A DNA stretch of 64,000 nt from Promethearchaeota archaeon (lineage in GTDB: Archaea > Asgardarchaeota > Lokiarchaeia > Sigyniarchaeales > SOKP01). The translations under genes and the position numbers were made by a program. Below, piece after piece: positions 19,607 through 30,524 of the stretch. The stretch lies in assembly GCA_016840085.1 (NCBI GenBank), contig JAEOTA010000051.1:1-64000 (forward strand). Direction: 5' to 3'. The notes beneath the pieces were generated by a model. That model was not told the origin of the DNA, searched no databases, and saw only the letters and a program-made list of their open reading frames with translations. Numbering within the stretch: position 1 is the stretch's first letter; each line of letters begins with the position of its first letter.

Positions 19607-20419
19607 ATGAGTTTTATGGCTTTAAATAAAATAAATGAAATTGTAGAGAAGCGGAAACACTCTCTCACAGAGGATATTAAGTATAAAATTTCATTAAATT
19701 CTCATGTGTTTAGGGATAATCGAAGCTACTTAAGTAAAGCCATAAAAGATAATTCAGGAATTTCTATTATTTCTGAGATAAAACCAGCTTCACCCACTTT
19801 GGGAGATATTCGAAAGAATATTGATATAAAGGAACTTGCAAAGGAGATGGAAAGAGCTGGGGCTGTTGGATTAAGTATTTTAACGGAACCAAATTATTTT
19901 AATGGTTCATATGAAAACTTAAAACTCGCAGTGGAAAGCACTAAAATACCATGCATAATGAAAGATTTTGTAGTTGATTCTGTTCAATGCTTTATTGCAT
20001 ATCAACTAGGAGCTACTAATATATTAATTATAAATTCCATAGTGGATCAAAGAGTAGAAGATATGGTATCTACAGCAATTGAATACCGACTTGAGCCACT
20101 AATTGAGATTCATGATGTAGAAGAGATAGAGGATATAAAGAATTTGGTTGATATCGGTTTAGTCCCTATGATAATTGGAGTTAATAATCGAAATCTTAAA
20201 ACATTAGAAATAGATTTAAACACTTCAAATGTAATAATCCCTAAATTGAAACAAGAATTTGGAGACGAAGTTGTGGTAATAAGTGAAAGTGGAATACAAA
20301 GTTATGAGGATATCCAATATTTACAACCAACCGGAGCAGATGGATACTTAATTGGCTCATCAATAATGAAATCTGATAGTATTTATGATAAAATCCTATC
20401 TTTACGGGGTGTTAAGTAA
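19607..20419 (+). CDS. trpC: Indole-3-glycerol phosphate synthase
   Basis: EIKPASPT, SILTEP, KDF, GVNNRNL, SESGI. Confidence 0.95.
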   Translation: MSFMALNKINEIVEKRKHSLTEDIKYKISLNSHVFRDNRSYLSKAIKDNSGISIISEIKPASPTLGDIRKNIDIKELAKEMERAGAVGLSILTEPNYFNGSYENLKLAVESTKIPCIMKDFVVDSVQCFIAYQLGATNILIINSIVDQRVEDMVSTAIEYRLEPLIEIHDVEEIEDIKNLVDIGLVPMIIGVNNRNLKTLEIDLNTSNVIIPKLKQEFGDEVVVISESGIQSYEDIQYLQPTGADGYLIGSSIMKSDSIYDKILSLRGVK

Positions 20420-21078
20420 TGGAGTATGTAAAGATTTGTGGTTTAAAAGATCCTCGACATATAAAACTATGTCTAGAATATGGTGCTAATGCCGTAGGAT
20501 TTATTTATAATGTTCCCAGTTCTCCAAGAAACCTAGAAAAAGATGAATTATTGACACTCTTGAGAAAATTCCCAAAAGGTATTTTAAGAGTTATTATTAA
20601 TAGATCGGATAGTTTATCTGATTGCGTAAATATTATGAATGAAATCAATGCAGACTATTATCAATTTCATTGTAATTTTAGTCTTCGAGAATTTGGCAAA
20701 CTTCCAATGAATATGAGAAAAAAAATTATTGTAGGAATGAAAATAAATCAAGCTAATAAAGACTCTGCCATAAATGAGATCATTTTTAGCTTTGACCAAT
20801 TCTTCGCATTTCTCCTTGATAACAGTGAAGGACAAGGTACAGACTTAGATTATGATCTTATATTGGAAGTATTAAGAAGGACTTATGGCTCTAAAATAAT
20901 AATCGCGGGGGGGATTAACATTGATAATGTTGAGTATTTGATAAAAAATCTTAGACCCTTCGGAATTGATGCAAGTAGTTCCTTAGAATCTAAAAGAGGT
21001 GTTAAAGACTCCATTAAAATTGTAAAATTCTTAAATAAAATTAAGGAAATTAAATGTTATATGCAAAGTGGAACATAA
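20419..21078 (+). CDS. trpF: Phosphoribosylanthranilate isomerase
   Basis: [26 protein letters not shown]. Confidence 0.9.
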   Translation: MEYVKICGLKDPRHIKLCLEYGANAVGFIYNVPSSPRNLEKDELLTLLRKFPKGILRVIINRSDSLSDCVNIMNEINADYYQFHCNFSLREFGKLPMNMRKKIIVGMKINQANKDSAINEIIFSFDQFFAFLLDNSEGQGTDLDYDLILEVLRRTYGSKIIIAGGINIDNVEYLIKNLRPFGIDASSSLESKRGVKDSIKIVKFLNKIKEIKCYMQSGT

Positions 21079-21080
21079 TT

Positions 21081-22283
21081 ATGGATTATATAAACAAATA
21101 TCCCGATAATTTAGGCAAATTTGGAGAGTTTGGAGGCCTCTTTGCTCCTGAAATTCTTATGCCTGCTCTAAATGAACTGACTGAAGCGTATCATAAATAT
21201 ATGTCAGATGATGATTTTCTAGAAGAATTTTATCAGATACTTAAATATTATAGTGGAAGACCAACACCTCTCTATTATGCGGCTAGTTTAAGCGAAGATA
21301 TTGGCTGTAAAGTCTATTTAAAACGAGAAGATTTAAACCATGGAGGGGCACATAAGATAAATAATGTAATGGGACAAGCTCTTCTCGCAAAAAAAATGGG
21401 AAAAACAAAACTTGTAGCTGAAACGGGCGCCGGGCAGCATGGATTCGCGACTGCTATAGCTGGGGCTTATTTTAGAATGGAAACCAAGATCTTTATGGGT
21501 GAGATTGATATTGTCAGGCAAGCGTACAATGTATATAGAATGCAGCTCCTTGGTGCAGAAGTAATTCCCGTTAAATCCGGATCAAAAACATTAAAAGACG
21601 CCGTTAATGAAGGACTTCGATATTGGATTGCTAATGTTCATGACACTCATTATTTGATGGGAAGTGTGGTAGGACCACATCCGTATCCGCTGATTGTTAG
21701 AGAATTTCAGAGAGTTATAGGGAAAGAAGCTAAGAAACAAATATTAGAATTAGAGGAAAAGTTACCTAATTATATTATTGCGTGTATTGGTGGGGGAAGT
21801 AACGCAATTGGAATTATGTATGACTTCATAAATGATAAAGATGTACAATTAATTGGAGTGGAGGCCGCTGGGGAGGGAAAAGATACTGTAAAACATTCGA
21901 TTGCTCTCGGTTTGGGACGAAAGGGAGTGCTTCATGGGTCGTTGATGTACCTCTTGCAAAACGAATATGGCAATATATTGGAAACTCATTCAATTAGTGC
22001 TGGATTAGATTATCCCGGCGTTGGACCTGAGCATTGCTTTTTAAAAGAACTTGGCCGGCTTAGAGTGGGTGCAGCTACAGACGATGAAACGCTAGCAGCT
22101 TTCAAAAAATTAAGCCTTTTAGAAGGAATAATACCTGCTCTTGAAAGTTCTCATGCACTTGCATATTTGGAGAGAATTAAAGAAGAGTTTAAGAAGGATG
22201 ATGTTCTAATTGTAAATTTGTCCGGTAGCGGCTCGAAAGATTTAGATATTATCAAAAAACATGTGGATTTTAAGATTAAATGA
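21081..22283 (+). CDS. trpB: Tryptophan synthase beta chain (TrpB1); start placed at ATG 21081
   Basis: [44 protein letters not shown]. Confidence 0.96.
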   Translation: MDYINKYPDNLGKFGEFGGLFAPEILMPALNELTEAYHKYMSDDDFLEEFYQILKYYSGRPTPLYYAASLSEDIGCKVYLKREDLNHGGAHKINNVMGQALLAKKMGKTKLVAETGAGQHGFATAIAGAYFRMETKIFMGEIDIVRQAYNVYRMQLLGAEVIPVKSGSKTLKDAVNEGLRYWIANVHDTHYLMGSVVGPHPYPLIVREFQRVIGKEAKKQILELEEKLPNYIIACIGGGSNAIGIMYDFINDKDVQLIGVEAAGEGKDTVKHSIALGLGRKGVLHGSLMYLLQNEYGNILETHSISAGLDYPGVGPEHCFLKELGRLRVGAATDDETLAAFKKLSLLEGIIPALESSHALAYLERIKEEFKKDDVLIVNLSGSGSKDLDIIKKHVDFKIK

Positions 22284-22408
22284 AAATCGTAGTCTTAAAT
22301 GGAAGTCCGAAAAGAAATGAAATGAGAGTTATTATGCATTACATTTTCTATATTGAGAAATATTCTTTTAATGAGGAAAAAGAACAATTAGGGATGGTTT
22401 ATGCTTAA
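22280..22408 (+). pseudogene. 42-codon ORF whose N-terminus resembles a flavodoxin-like NAD(P)H-dependent FMN reductase
   Basis: [27 protein letters not shown]...; ATG overlaps the trpB TGA and the stop lies inside the trpA 5' end. Confidence 0.6.
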
Positions 22409-23240
22409 TTCAAACAGAATTATAGAACTGTTCACAGATGAAAGTCGAGAGGATGATAATTTTTTCATGCCCTTCTTAGTAGCGGGAGATCCAGATATTG
22501 AACAATTCAAAACTTTAGCTTTAGCTATTGAGCCATATTCTGACATTCTTGAAATTGGTATCCCCTTTTCAGATCCCATTGCAGATGGCCCAACTATTCA
22601 AGAAGCCAATGTAAGAGCTTTTAATGCGGGAATTACTACTAAATTAGCTTTAAACGCTATTAAGGATATAAGAAAGAAAACTGAAAAGCCATTAGTAGTT
22701 TTGACCTATTATAACATACTAATTCAAGGTGCTGATACCATAGAAGCATCTCTAGATAAAACATTTAAAAATCTTAAATATTGCGGTGTTGACGGAATTG
22801 TTATTGGAGATTTACCTATAGAAGAGGCTGGATTGGCTCTTAAAGCATGTAATAAATATAATATTTGTCTTATTTTTCTAATCGCTCCATCGACTACAGA
22901 GGACAGACTGGAAAAGATCTTGAAGGTAGCTAGGGGGTTTATATATTTGATTGCTGTTATGGGAGTCACGGGTGCGAGAGATATTGTTGCTCAAATAACT
23001 AAAGAAACTATTAAGCGAGTGAAGCAGAAAACTGAGCATGTGCTTCCTGTATTTGTAGGATTCGGTATCTCTAAACCCAAACATGCGAAATCAATTGTTG
23101 ATGCCGGAGCAGATGGCATCATCATAGGCTCTGCTATTGTTAATATAGTTAAAAAAAATCTTAATGATTATGAAAAAATGGAAACAGAAATGGTGGAATT
23201 TGTTTCCAATATAAAAAATGCCATAAAGGAGTCGAAATAA
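22401..23240 (+). CDS. trpA: Tryptophan synthase alpha chain
   Basis: AGDP, EIGIPFSDPIADGPTIQ, GVTGAR, VGFGIS, GSA. Confidence 0.96.
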   Translation: MLNSNRIIELFTDESREDDNFFMPFLVAGDPDIEQFKTLALAIEPYSDILEIGIPFSDPIADGPTIQEANVRAFNAGITTKLALNAIKDIRKKTEKPLVVLTYYNILIQGADTIEASLDKTFKNLKYCGVDGIVIGDLPIEEAGLALKACNKYNICLIFLIAPSTTEDRLEKILKVARGFIYLIAVMGVTGARDIVAQITKETIKRVKQKTEHVLPVFVGFGISKPKHAKSIVDAGADGIIIGSAIVNIVKKNLNDYEKMETEMVEFVSNIKNAIKESK

Positions 23241-23242
23241 AT

Positions 23243-24739
23243 ATGGAATTTGACATACACATTGAAAAAATTGGAGAGCTGGATGATATTTTTGGATTCT
23301 ATAAATATTTAGTAAAGAGATATGATTTAAAGAAGCATGCGCTCTTGGAATCTGCATCTGAAAATACTAAAGAAACGCTTTATAGTTTTCTTGCTCTTGA
23401 CCCGGACTTTATGTTAGAAATTAATGAAGATAAATTCAAAATTTACGATATCACCACCGCAAGAGGAGAAACTATTAAGGAATATGTGGAATCAAAAGAT
23501 CCTGCAGAGGAAAGACCACGTAATCCTCTTCCTTTTAAGGATAATGTGAATTATAATATGATCACTCTTGACACACTAAGCCATCTTACACCCTATTCTA
23601 ACCTTCCTTTTACAGAATTATTCCCAAGAAACATCTTTTACGGCGGGATGCTCGGGTATATCGGTTATGACGTGGTTGCGCCCTATGTAGTGTATAAATC
23701 AACTAGTGAGTTTCCCGACGTTCTTATGGCACTTTATACTAAGGTTTTGGTCTATTCCCACAGCTCAAACGTACTATTTATGATTGATAATAGCATCGAC
23801 GACTACTCAAAAGATAAGTATATTCGGTATCAACTAAGTCTGTTTAATAGAAATAATAAATCTGATGAAAAAAAAGAAATTAGTTTTGATATAGAAGAAG
23901 TGGATGAATCTAGTTTTCGATCTAATACATCAAAATCTGCTCATGAACGGATGGTGGAAAAAACAAAAGAATATATTTATGCGGGTGACATAATACAAGC
24001 CGTTATCTCACGAAGGTTATACACAGAGAGTCATATAGACCCAATGAAGATTTATGAGATTCTAAGGGTTCTAAATCCCTCCCAATATATGTATGACCTT
24101 AATTTTGATAAGATAAAAATCATAGGGAGTAGCCCTGAAGCACTAATTTCCAAGAATAAGGATGTTCTAAACACGGTCCCTATTGCGGGAACCATACGTC
24201 GAGGCAAGAGTTCAGAAGAAGATCTAAAATTAGAAAAAGAATTATTGAATGATCCTAAAGAGCAAAGTGAACACATCATGCTTGTAGATTTAGCGAGAAA
24301 TGACCTAGCAAAAGTCTCATATCCAGGCTCAGTTGATACCTATGAACTTATGACAGTTCAAAAATATCAAAAAGTCCAACATATTGTAAGTAAAATTAGA
24401 AGTAAGACGCCTCTTGACGGATATCAAGTATTAAAGAGTGTTTTCCCTGCGGGCACACTCTCAGGAGCACCTAAAAAACGTGCAATGGAAATAATTCAAG
24501 AATTAGAAACAGAGTCAAGAGGCCCCTATGGTGGGGGTGTCGGTTATTTCTCTTTCAATGGTGATATGGCATTTGCTATCGCAATTAGAACTCTATTTGG
24601 GAGGAATGAAACGTATTTTGCTCAAGCAGGAGGTGGCATTGTTGCGGATAGCCAACCTCACAAGGAATATATGGAAACTTATAACAAGTTATATAGCATA
24701 CTGAAATCTATTAAAATCGCGGAGGCGAAAGAAAATTGA
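23243..24739 (+). CDS. trpE: Anthranilate synthase component I
   Basis: LLES, GSSPE, PIAGT, EHIMLVDLARND, PAGTLSGAPK, QAGGGIVADS. Confidence 0.94.
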   Translation: MEFDIHIEKIGELDDIFGFYKYLVKRYDLKKHALLESASENTKETLYSFLALDPDFMLEINEDKFKIYDITTARGETIKEYVESKDPAEERPRNPLPFKDNVNYNMITLDTLSHLTPYSNLPFTELFPRNIFYGGMLGYIGYDVVAPYVVYKSTSEFPDVLMALYTKVLVYSHSSNVLFMIDNSIDDYSKDKYIRYQLSLFNRNNKSDEKKEISFDIEEVDESSFRSNTSKSAHERMVEKTKEYIYAGDIIQAVISRRLYTESHIDPMKIYEILRVLNPSQYMYDLNFDKIKIIGSSPEALISKNKDVLNTVPIAGTIRRGKSSEEDLKLEKELLNDPKEQSEHIMLVDLARNDLAKVSYPGSVDTYELMTVQKYQKVQHIVSKIRSKTPLDGYQVLKSVFPAGTLSGAPKKRAMEIIQELETESRGPYGGGVGYFSFNGDMAFAIAIRTLFGRNETYFAQAGGGIVADSQPHKEYMETYNKLYSILKSIKIAEAKEN

Positions 24740-24978
24740 AACTTAAGGGAATTAAATCGGGATGGTATGCCACCAAAATTAGATTTTATGAAGAAGAGAT
24801 TGATAAAAACGAATTATTAAAAGATACTTATTATTGTGTTACCTCTTTTGAAGAATTTATGTACCAGTTTCGGATAGAAAATACCTTGTGGTTTTGTTTT
24901 AACCTGAATTTTGCTCTAAATGAAATTGAACAAGAATACTTGGATAAAATAGAAAATCAACCAAAAGGAGAGAAATAA
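24736..24978 (+). CDS. Hypothetical 80-aa protein inside the trp operon
   Basis: TTG overlaps the trpE TGA; ends 3 nt before trpG. Confidence 0.6.
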   Translation: MKLKGIKSGWYATKIRFYEEEIDKNELLKDTYYCVTSFEEFMYQFRIENTLWFCFNLNFALNEIEQEYLDKIENQPKGEK

Positions 24979-24981
24979 AAA

Positions 24982-25575
24982 ATGAACATTCTACTCATCA
25001 ACAACTATGATAGCTTTGTGTATAATTTGGCCAATTACATTTGCCAGTTGGTGCCAGACTCAAATATCATCGTGGAAGATAATAAGATTCCTGTGAATAA
25101 AGTCAAGGAACTTGCTATTGATAGGATCATCATTTCACCCGGTCCCGGTCACCCGAAGTACGACACCGGGACAGTGATTCCAATCATAAATAATTTTTAT
25201 GATAAAATCCCTATATTAGGTATATGTTTAGGACATCAAGCCATAGTCGAGGCATTTGGAGAGGATCCAAGTAAAGAATATGTAGGAAGAGCTAAGGTTG
25301 GACCGATGCACGGAAAACTCTCAAAGGTATTCCATGACCAAGAAACAATACTAAAAGACATTCCAAACCCCCTAATGGTTATTCGATATCATTCACTCGC
25401 AGCAAAATCTGACATTTTACCTCAAGATCTAAAAATTAGCGCTACCGCAGATGATGGAACGATAATGGGTATTAGGCATAGAGAATTTCCTGTGGAGGGG
25501 CTTCAATTCCATCCCGAATCTATAAAAATGAAGCCGCATGGAATGAAAATCTTGAAGAATTTCTTAATATTATAA
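24982..25575 (+). CDS. trpG: Anthranilate synthase component II (glutamine amidotransferase)
   Basis: NNYDSFVYN, SPGPG, GICLGHQ, RYHSL, QFHPES. Confidence 0.95.
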   Translation: MNILLINNYDSFVYNLANYICQLVPDSNIIVEDNKIPVNKVKELAIDRIIISPGPGHPKYDTGTVIPIINNFYDKIPILGICLGHQAIVEAFGEDPSKEYVGRAKVGPMHGKLSKVFHDQETILKDIPNPLMVIRYHSLAAKSDILPQDLKISATADDGTIMGIRHREFPVEGLQFHPESIKMKPHGMKILKNFLIL

Positions 25576-25878
25576 GTAGAACATATATAAGAAATTATAA
25601 AAATTAGAATCATTACTAATTAAGGGATTAGATAGTAAAAATAGCTGAACCAATCTTCTTCATCGTATACATCCTAATGTTTATTATATTATTTGATTAT
25701 CCATAAGTAGGCTTAATTAAGAAAAATTCCAAAATATTACTTGTTAGTAGATCTAATAAATTAATTACCAAAACTTTTGAAATTGTTCGATTAGAGTTTA
25801 ACATAGTGTTCATTTAAAAATAGATAAATTTAGGATTCAAAAATGAATTTAAGTAATTTAATGTTTATTTTTATGCTT

Positions 25879-26736
25879 TTACAAATGTTTTTCGAGCCAT
25901 ACATACATGTCTTGATATACTTGAGCCCTACCTTTTTCATTCCATAATTCATGTAGGAAATCTGGATATTCTCGATAAGTTTTATCTTTACTCTCAACTT
26001 TATTGAAAAATTCTTTTGTTTTTTCTTTATCTACAATTTTATCTTTACCAGCTTGCATTATTAGCACAGGGCAAATCAATTGTGATGCATTTTCAACAGC
26101 CCATTTAGAATATGTATCAATCTCAGAAGCTGATTTAGCTGAAATTACTTCAATTCTGTGTTTATCTGCTATATGCTGTTTTAAAATCTTTAAATCACTT
26201 GTTAATTGATTTTGATCAATTATGTTATTTAAAACTTTGTTAGGTGCTAATTTTACAAGTGTTTTCGATATGGACTTTATTACTTTTTTACCCATTGATA
26301 ATTTCATAAACATTCCTAATAAAGGAGAAGAAACCAACACGCCATCTAAAGTGGGGTGATTAATAGCATAAATTAAACTTATCAACCCTCCAAAAGAATG
26401 GCCCATTAGAAATATTTTTTTGTCTTTTGCGATTTCCTTAATTACGTCCATAAAGAGGACTAAATCCTTTTGGATATGATCCATACTATCAATATGGCCC
26501 AGCATATCACTAGCATTTCTAAAATGTCCTCTTAAATCAAATGAATAAACAGCATACCCCTTTCCTGTGAAATATTCAGCAGGGATTTTCATTCTATCAG
26601 AATGAGAGCCCCATCCATGGATAGCTATGATATAAGCTCTTATTTCTCCAGATTCAGGTAACCACCATTGATAAAATAATTTTTTCAATTCTCTTCCTTC
26701 AAAATATCCTGTTTCATTTTTCATTTTTTGCATCAC
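25879..26736 (-). CDS. Lysophospholipase/monoacylglycerol lipase-like alpha/beta hydrolase
   Basis: HGWGSH, DLRGH, GHSFGG, D...HEL. Confidence 0.9.
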   Translation of the reverse strand: MMQKMKNETGYFEGRELKKLFYQWWLPESGEIRAYIIAIHGWGSHSDRMKIPAEYFTGKGYAVYSFDLRGHFRNASDMLGHIDSMDHIQKDLVLFMDVIKEIAKDKKIFLMGHSFGGLISLIYAINHPTLDGVLVSSPLLGMFMKLSMGKKVIKSISKTLVKLAPNKVLNNIIDQNQLTSDLKILKQHIADKHRIEVISAKSASEIDTYSKWAVENASQLICPVLIMQAGKDKIVDKEKTKEFFNKVESKDKTYREYPDFLHELWNEKGRAQVYQDMYVWLEKHL

Positions 26737-26910
26737 TCAAATTATAGAATCTAAAGTATACAGATTAATTATTATTAATAAAATCATTACATTTTTATTA
26801 TTATTGCTTTTAGAGATTTTGGGGTTTATAAAAGAAATTTAAAAAAATTTTATATTATTCGGGATACTTCATTATAAATAATATTTGCCCAATTTTCTTA
26901 GGTTTTTCAT

Positions 26911-27495
26911 ATGAGTGAAACAGAAAATATTGAAATCATTATTCATGGTCGAGGAGGTCAAGGCGCTGTAACTGCTTGTGAAATTATTGCAGAAGCTGCC
27001 TATTTAAGTGGGAATTTTACTGATGTTCATGCTTATCCTTCATTTGGAGCAGAAAGAAGAGGTGCTCCTGTTCAAGCATATGCTAAACTCTCTAGAACTG
27101 ATATTATATGGGATAGAGCTCAAATAGAACACCCGAATATATTAATCATATTTGATGAAACTGTTTTAAACCAAGAAATTGCTTCCTCCCTTAGAAAAGG
27201 TGGATTTTTTATTATTAATTCTGATAAAGAACCAGAATTCTTTGTTAAAGAGTATAATTTAAAAGATGTAAAAATATTGGTGGCCGACATTAGTAAATTA
27301 GCAATTGAGAAGAGTCTAACAATTGATGGAAATCCAGTAATCAACACACCTATCCTCGGTTTACTTTCAAAAGCATTACCAGAATTAAATTTAAAAAATT
27401 TGAAAGCTGTTTTATTAAAACGTATGGGTGAAAAAATAGGTAAACTCAATTATGAATTAATTGAACAAGGATATAGTTTAGCAAAAATTTTATGA
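26911..27495 (+). CDS. porC: 2-oxoacid:ferredoxin oxidoreductase gamma subunit
   Basis: HGRGGQGAVT, PSFGAERRGAPV, NTPILG. Confidence 0.9.
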   Translation: MSETENIEIIIHGRGGQGAVTACEIIAEAAYLSGNFTDVHAYPSFGAERRGAPVQAYAKLSRTDIIWDRAQIEHPNILIIFDETVLNQEIASSLRKGGFFIINSDKEPEFFVKEYNLKDVKILVADISKLAIEKSLTIDGNPVINTPILGLLSKALPELNLKNLKAVLLKRMGEKIGKLNYELIEQGYSLAKIL

Positions 27496-27515
27496 ATATT
27501 TTTTTTAAATACTAA

Positions 27516-30500
27516 CTAATAAATTGGTAATTTCACAAAAAAAGTACTTCCCTTATTTCTCCCTTGTGATTCAGCTCTAATATTACCATCGTGTAAATCA
27601 ACTATTTCTTTCGAAATGAATAATCCGAGTCCAGAACCTTGAATGTCTATATATTCCAATCCTTCTCCATATCGTTCTATTTTTCCAAATCTAGTAAAAA
27701 GTATTTCCATTTCTTCTCTGGTTAATCCTATCCCTGTATCACTCACAGAAATAACAGCCCAGTTATCTAATTTTTCCAGTTTTATATTAATTTTCCCCCT
27801 CGGACGAGTATTTTTGATTGCATTTGATACTAAATTCAAAATAACTTGCTCGATTCTAATTTTATCAATATCCAGAACTAATGTGTCTGGAAGCTTTAAA
27901 TTTAGATTAAGATTTCTTTCTTTTATGAAGTGGATCATTTCTTTAGTAGATTCTCCTATGAGCTTAGATAAATCAGATTTTTGTTTTTTTAATTTGAATT
28001 TATCATATTCTATCCTCGATATGTCAATTAAATTATCTACTAGATACTTCAATCTCATAGCTCCTCTTTCAATCAATTTGATTAATTCTAATTGTTCATA
28101 TCCCATTTGATTATAATAAAGGTTTGTAAAAAGTTCAGCGCCACCGTAAACAGTAGCAAGGGGAGTTTTTAATTCATGGGCAACTCTAGATATCAAATTT
28201 TTTCTAATTTGGTCAAGTTCCTTTAATTTTGTAATTTCTTCATTAATTAGGAATTCTGCTTGTTTACGTTTTATGATATCAGTGAATAAAGCTTGGACAA
28301 AGTATTCATTGTCTATTTGAATTAGAGATGCTTGCAAATTTACCCAGATTAAACTCCGATCTTTTCTATACATTTGTAGATCAATTCGATGAACTCTTTC
28401 TCCTTTTATGAATTTTGTAAAGAGTTTCATAATAGTTGGTAAATAATCCTGATGTATTACTGAGATTCTTTGAAATTTTTTACCTACCAAATCTTCTTTT
28501 GAATAGCCAAACATTAATTCTGTTGTTGGATTACACTCAATAATTCTTCCTTTGGAATTTATCACAACAATAGAGAATGGAGTATTCTCATAAAAAAATC
28601 GATATTTTTTTTCAGATTCTAAAAGTCTTCTCTCTGCTTCCACTTTATCAGTAACATCAATTATAGTAATAAAATCTGCAAGTCTTCCTTGATAATTTAT
28701 AGTTTTTGAAAAAAGTTCTCCATAAATTAATTCTCCTGTTTTTTTAAGACCTCTAAATTGATAATAGTTTATAACATCTTTCTCTCCTATCTGCTTTTTT
28801 CTTGCCTGTTCAGCAATCATTTGTCTATCTTCTGGATGAACCATATTAAGAAATTCTCCAGGACTCCAATCCTTCATTTCTTCTGGAGTTATTCCTCCAA
28901 TAAGAGCGAGTTTTTGATTAACATATTTAAACTTTCCATCTTGTAAAATAGCAATGCCGAATAATGATTGTTCGGCAATATTTCTGAATTTTTCCTCAGA
29001 TTCTTTTAATTCACGTTCTAAAGTGAATTTCTCAGTAATATCTATGAATGTTCCATCTATTCTAACTGGGTTGCTTTGCTTATCTCTAATTAAATGTGAA
29101 TTCAATTCTAATACAATTCTTTCACCATTTTTTTTTAACGCGTGACTTACATAACCTTTAACAATTTCATTTTTTAACATTTGTTCTAAATATTCTGCTC
29201 GAAGTTCTGGTTGTTGCCACAAGTCAGTAACTTTTGTTTCTCTTAAATCTTCTGATATATCAAACCCTAAAATTTTATTATAAGCAGGATTATGAGATAA
29301 TAAAACACCATCTAAGGTGACTTGATAAAATCCAACATCTAAATTATTTATCATATTCCTATACTTTAATTCGGAATTTCTTAATTTTTGCTCTGATTCT
29401 ACTTTTTCCGTTATGTCGCGAGTAAAACCATAAAAACCAACTTTTTTTCCCCTAGAATCAAATTTTAAATATGCCGTCCCATCTATGATTTGCATTGATC
29501 CATCATTTCTAAAGACTTTAGTTTCAAAAATTGCTCTTAGGATCTCGCCATTATAGAGTTGATTGAACTTTTTAATTACTTCATTTATTGTTTTCTTCTC
29601 TATAATATCACGATAATTCATTCCTATTAATTCATCTTTTGAATATCCTAAAAATTTACAGTGATAATCATTGACAAATGTATAATTTCCATTAAGATCT
29701 ACTTCAAAATACCCATCCTGCATATTCTCAAGGATACTTCTATATTTTTTTTCAGACTCTCTTAATTCTACTTCTGCTATTCTTTTTTCAGTTATATCTT
29801 CAGTTTGAACAATTGCCAAATCTGGCTTAACATAGCCATAGTTTACTAATAGATATTTTTTTTCTTCAGTAAATTGAAATTTATATTTCATCTCTCTTGT
29901 TATATGAGTTTTTTGGTTAAAACATTGATGTAAATCTTCTAAAATATCTGGTCTATCTTTATACATATCAGAAGCTCTATGGCCCAAGAAGCTGATAACA
30001 TTCCCGTTAGTTAATATTTCAGCACTATTATTATAATCGATAAGAACAAAATCATCATTATATTTTTTCCACGTATAGGCAGCAATTGGACCCTCTTTAT
30101 ACAATGCTCTAAACATTTCTCCAGAATCTAGCAATTTTTGTTCTGTTTTCTTACGATCAGTGATATTTCTACCTATTCCTAATACTGCATATATTTCCCC
30201 ATCTCTTTTTAATGGAATAGCGTAAGTGTCTATATATAAATAATTACCATTTTTCGCCTTAATTTTATATTCTCTACGTTTGGATTGTTTACCCCTCTTT
30301 AATATTTCTTTCAAAGCACCAAAAGCTTTATCTATCTCATCTTTTTCAACCATATCTACAAAACTAAGCCCCGATATTTCTTCCCTTTCATAACCAAGTG
30401 AAATTAATGCAATATCATTCGCATCCAGAAAGTTTCCCTTTAGATCACTAACATAAATTAAATCTAATGAATGCTCAAATAAATCGTTAAATCTTTCTCT

Positions 30501-30524
30501 AATCTCTTGCCTATCATATTCCAT
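27516..30524 (-). CDS. Soluble multi-PAS (about 6) sensor histidine kinase
   Basis: Repeated PAS/PAC units, AHELKTPL, NLVSNAIK, DTGIG, GSGLGL; no TM helix. Confidence 0.93.
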   Translation of the reverse strand: MEYDRQEIRERFNDLFEHSLDLIYVSDLKGNFLDANDIALISLGYEREEISGLSFVDMVEKDEIDKAFGALKEILKRGKQSKRREYKIKAKNGNYLYIDTYAIPLKRDGEIYAVLGIGRNITDRKKTEQKLLDSGEMFRALYKEGPIAAYTWKKYNDDFVLIDYNNSAEILTNGNVISFLGHRASDMYKDRPDILEDLHQCFNQKTHITREMKYKFQFTEEKKYLLVNYGYVKPDLAIVQTEDITEKRIAEVELRESEKKYRSILENMQDGYFEVDLNGNYTFVNDYHCKFLGYSKDELIGMNYRDIIEKKTINEVIKKFNQLYNGEILRAIFETKVFRNDGSMQIIDGTAYLKFDSRGKKVGFYGFTRDITEKVESEQKLRNSELKYRNMINNLDVGFYQVTLDGVLLSHNPAYNKILGFDISEDLRETKVTDLWQQPELRAEYLEQMLKNEIVKGYVSHALKKNGERIVLELNSHLIRDKQSNPVRIDGTFIDITEKFTLERELKESEEKFRNIAEQSLFGIAILQDGKFKYVNQKLALIGGITPEEMKDWSPGEFLNMVHPEDRQMIAEQARKKQIGEKDVINYYQFRGLKKTGELIYGELFSKTINYQGRLADFITIIDVTDKVEAERRLLESEKKYRFFYENTPFSIVVINSKGRIIECNPTTELMFGYSKEDLVGKKFQRISVIHQDYLPTIMKLFTKFIKGERVHRIDLQMYRKDRSLIWVNLQASLIQIDNEYFVQALFTDIIKRKQAEFLINEEITKLKELDQIRKNLISRVAHELKTPLATVYGGAELFTNLYYNQMGYEQLELIKLIERGAMRLKYLVDNLIDISRIEYDKFKLKKQKSDLSKLIGESTKEMIHFIKERNLNLNLKLPDTLVLDIDKIRIEQVILNLVSNAIKNTRPRGKINIKLEKLDNWAVISVSDTGIGLTREEMEILFTRFGKIERYGEGLEYIDIQGSGLGLFISKEIVDLHDGNIRAESQGRNKGSTFFVKLPIY

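Noticed and set aside
21054-21080. Longer trpB start given by the ORF track
   Set aside because: It overlaps trpF by 25 nt; the ATG at 21081 follows the trpF stop and matches typical TrpB N-termini
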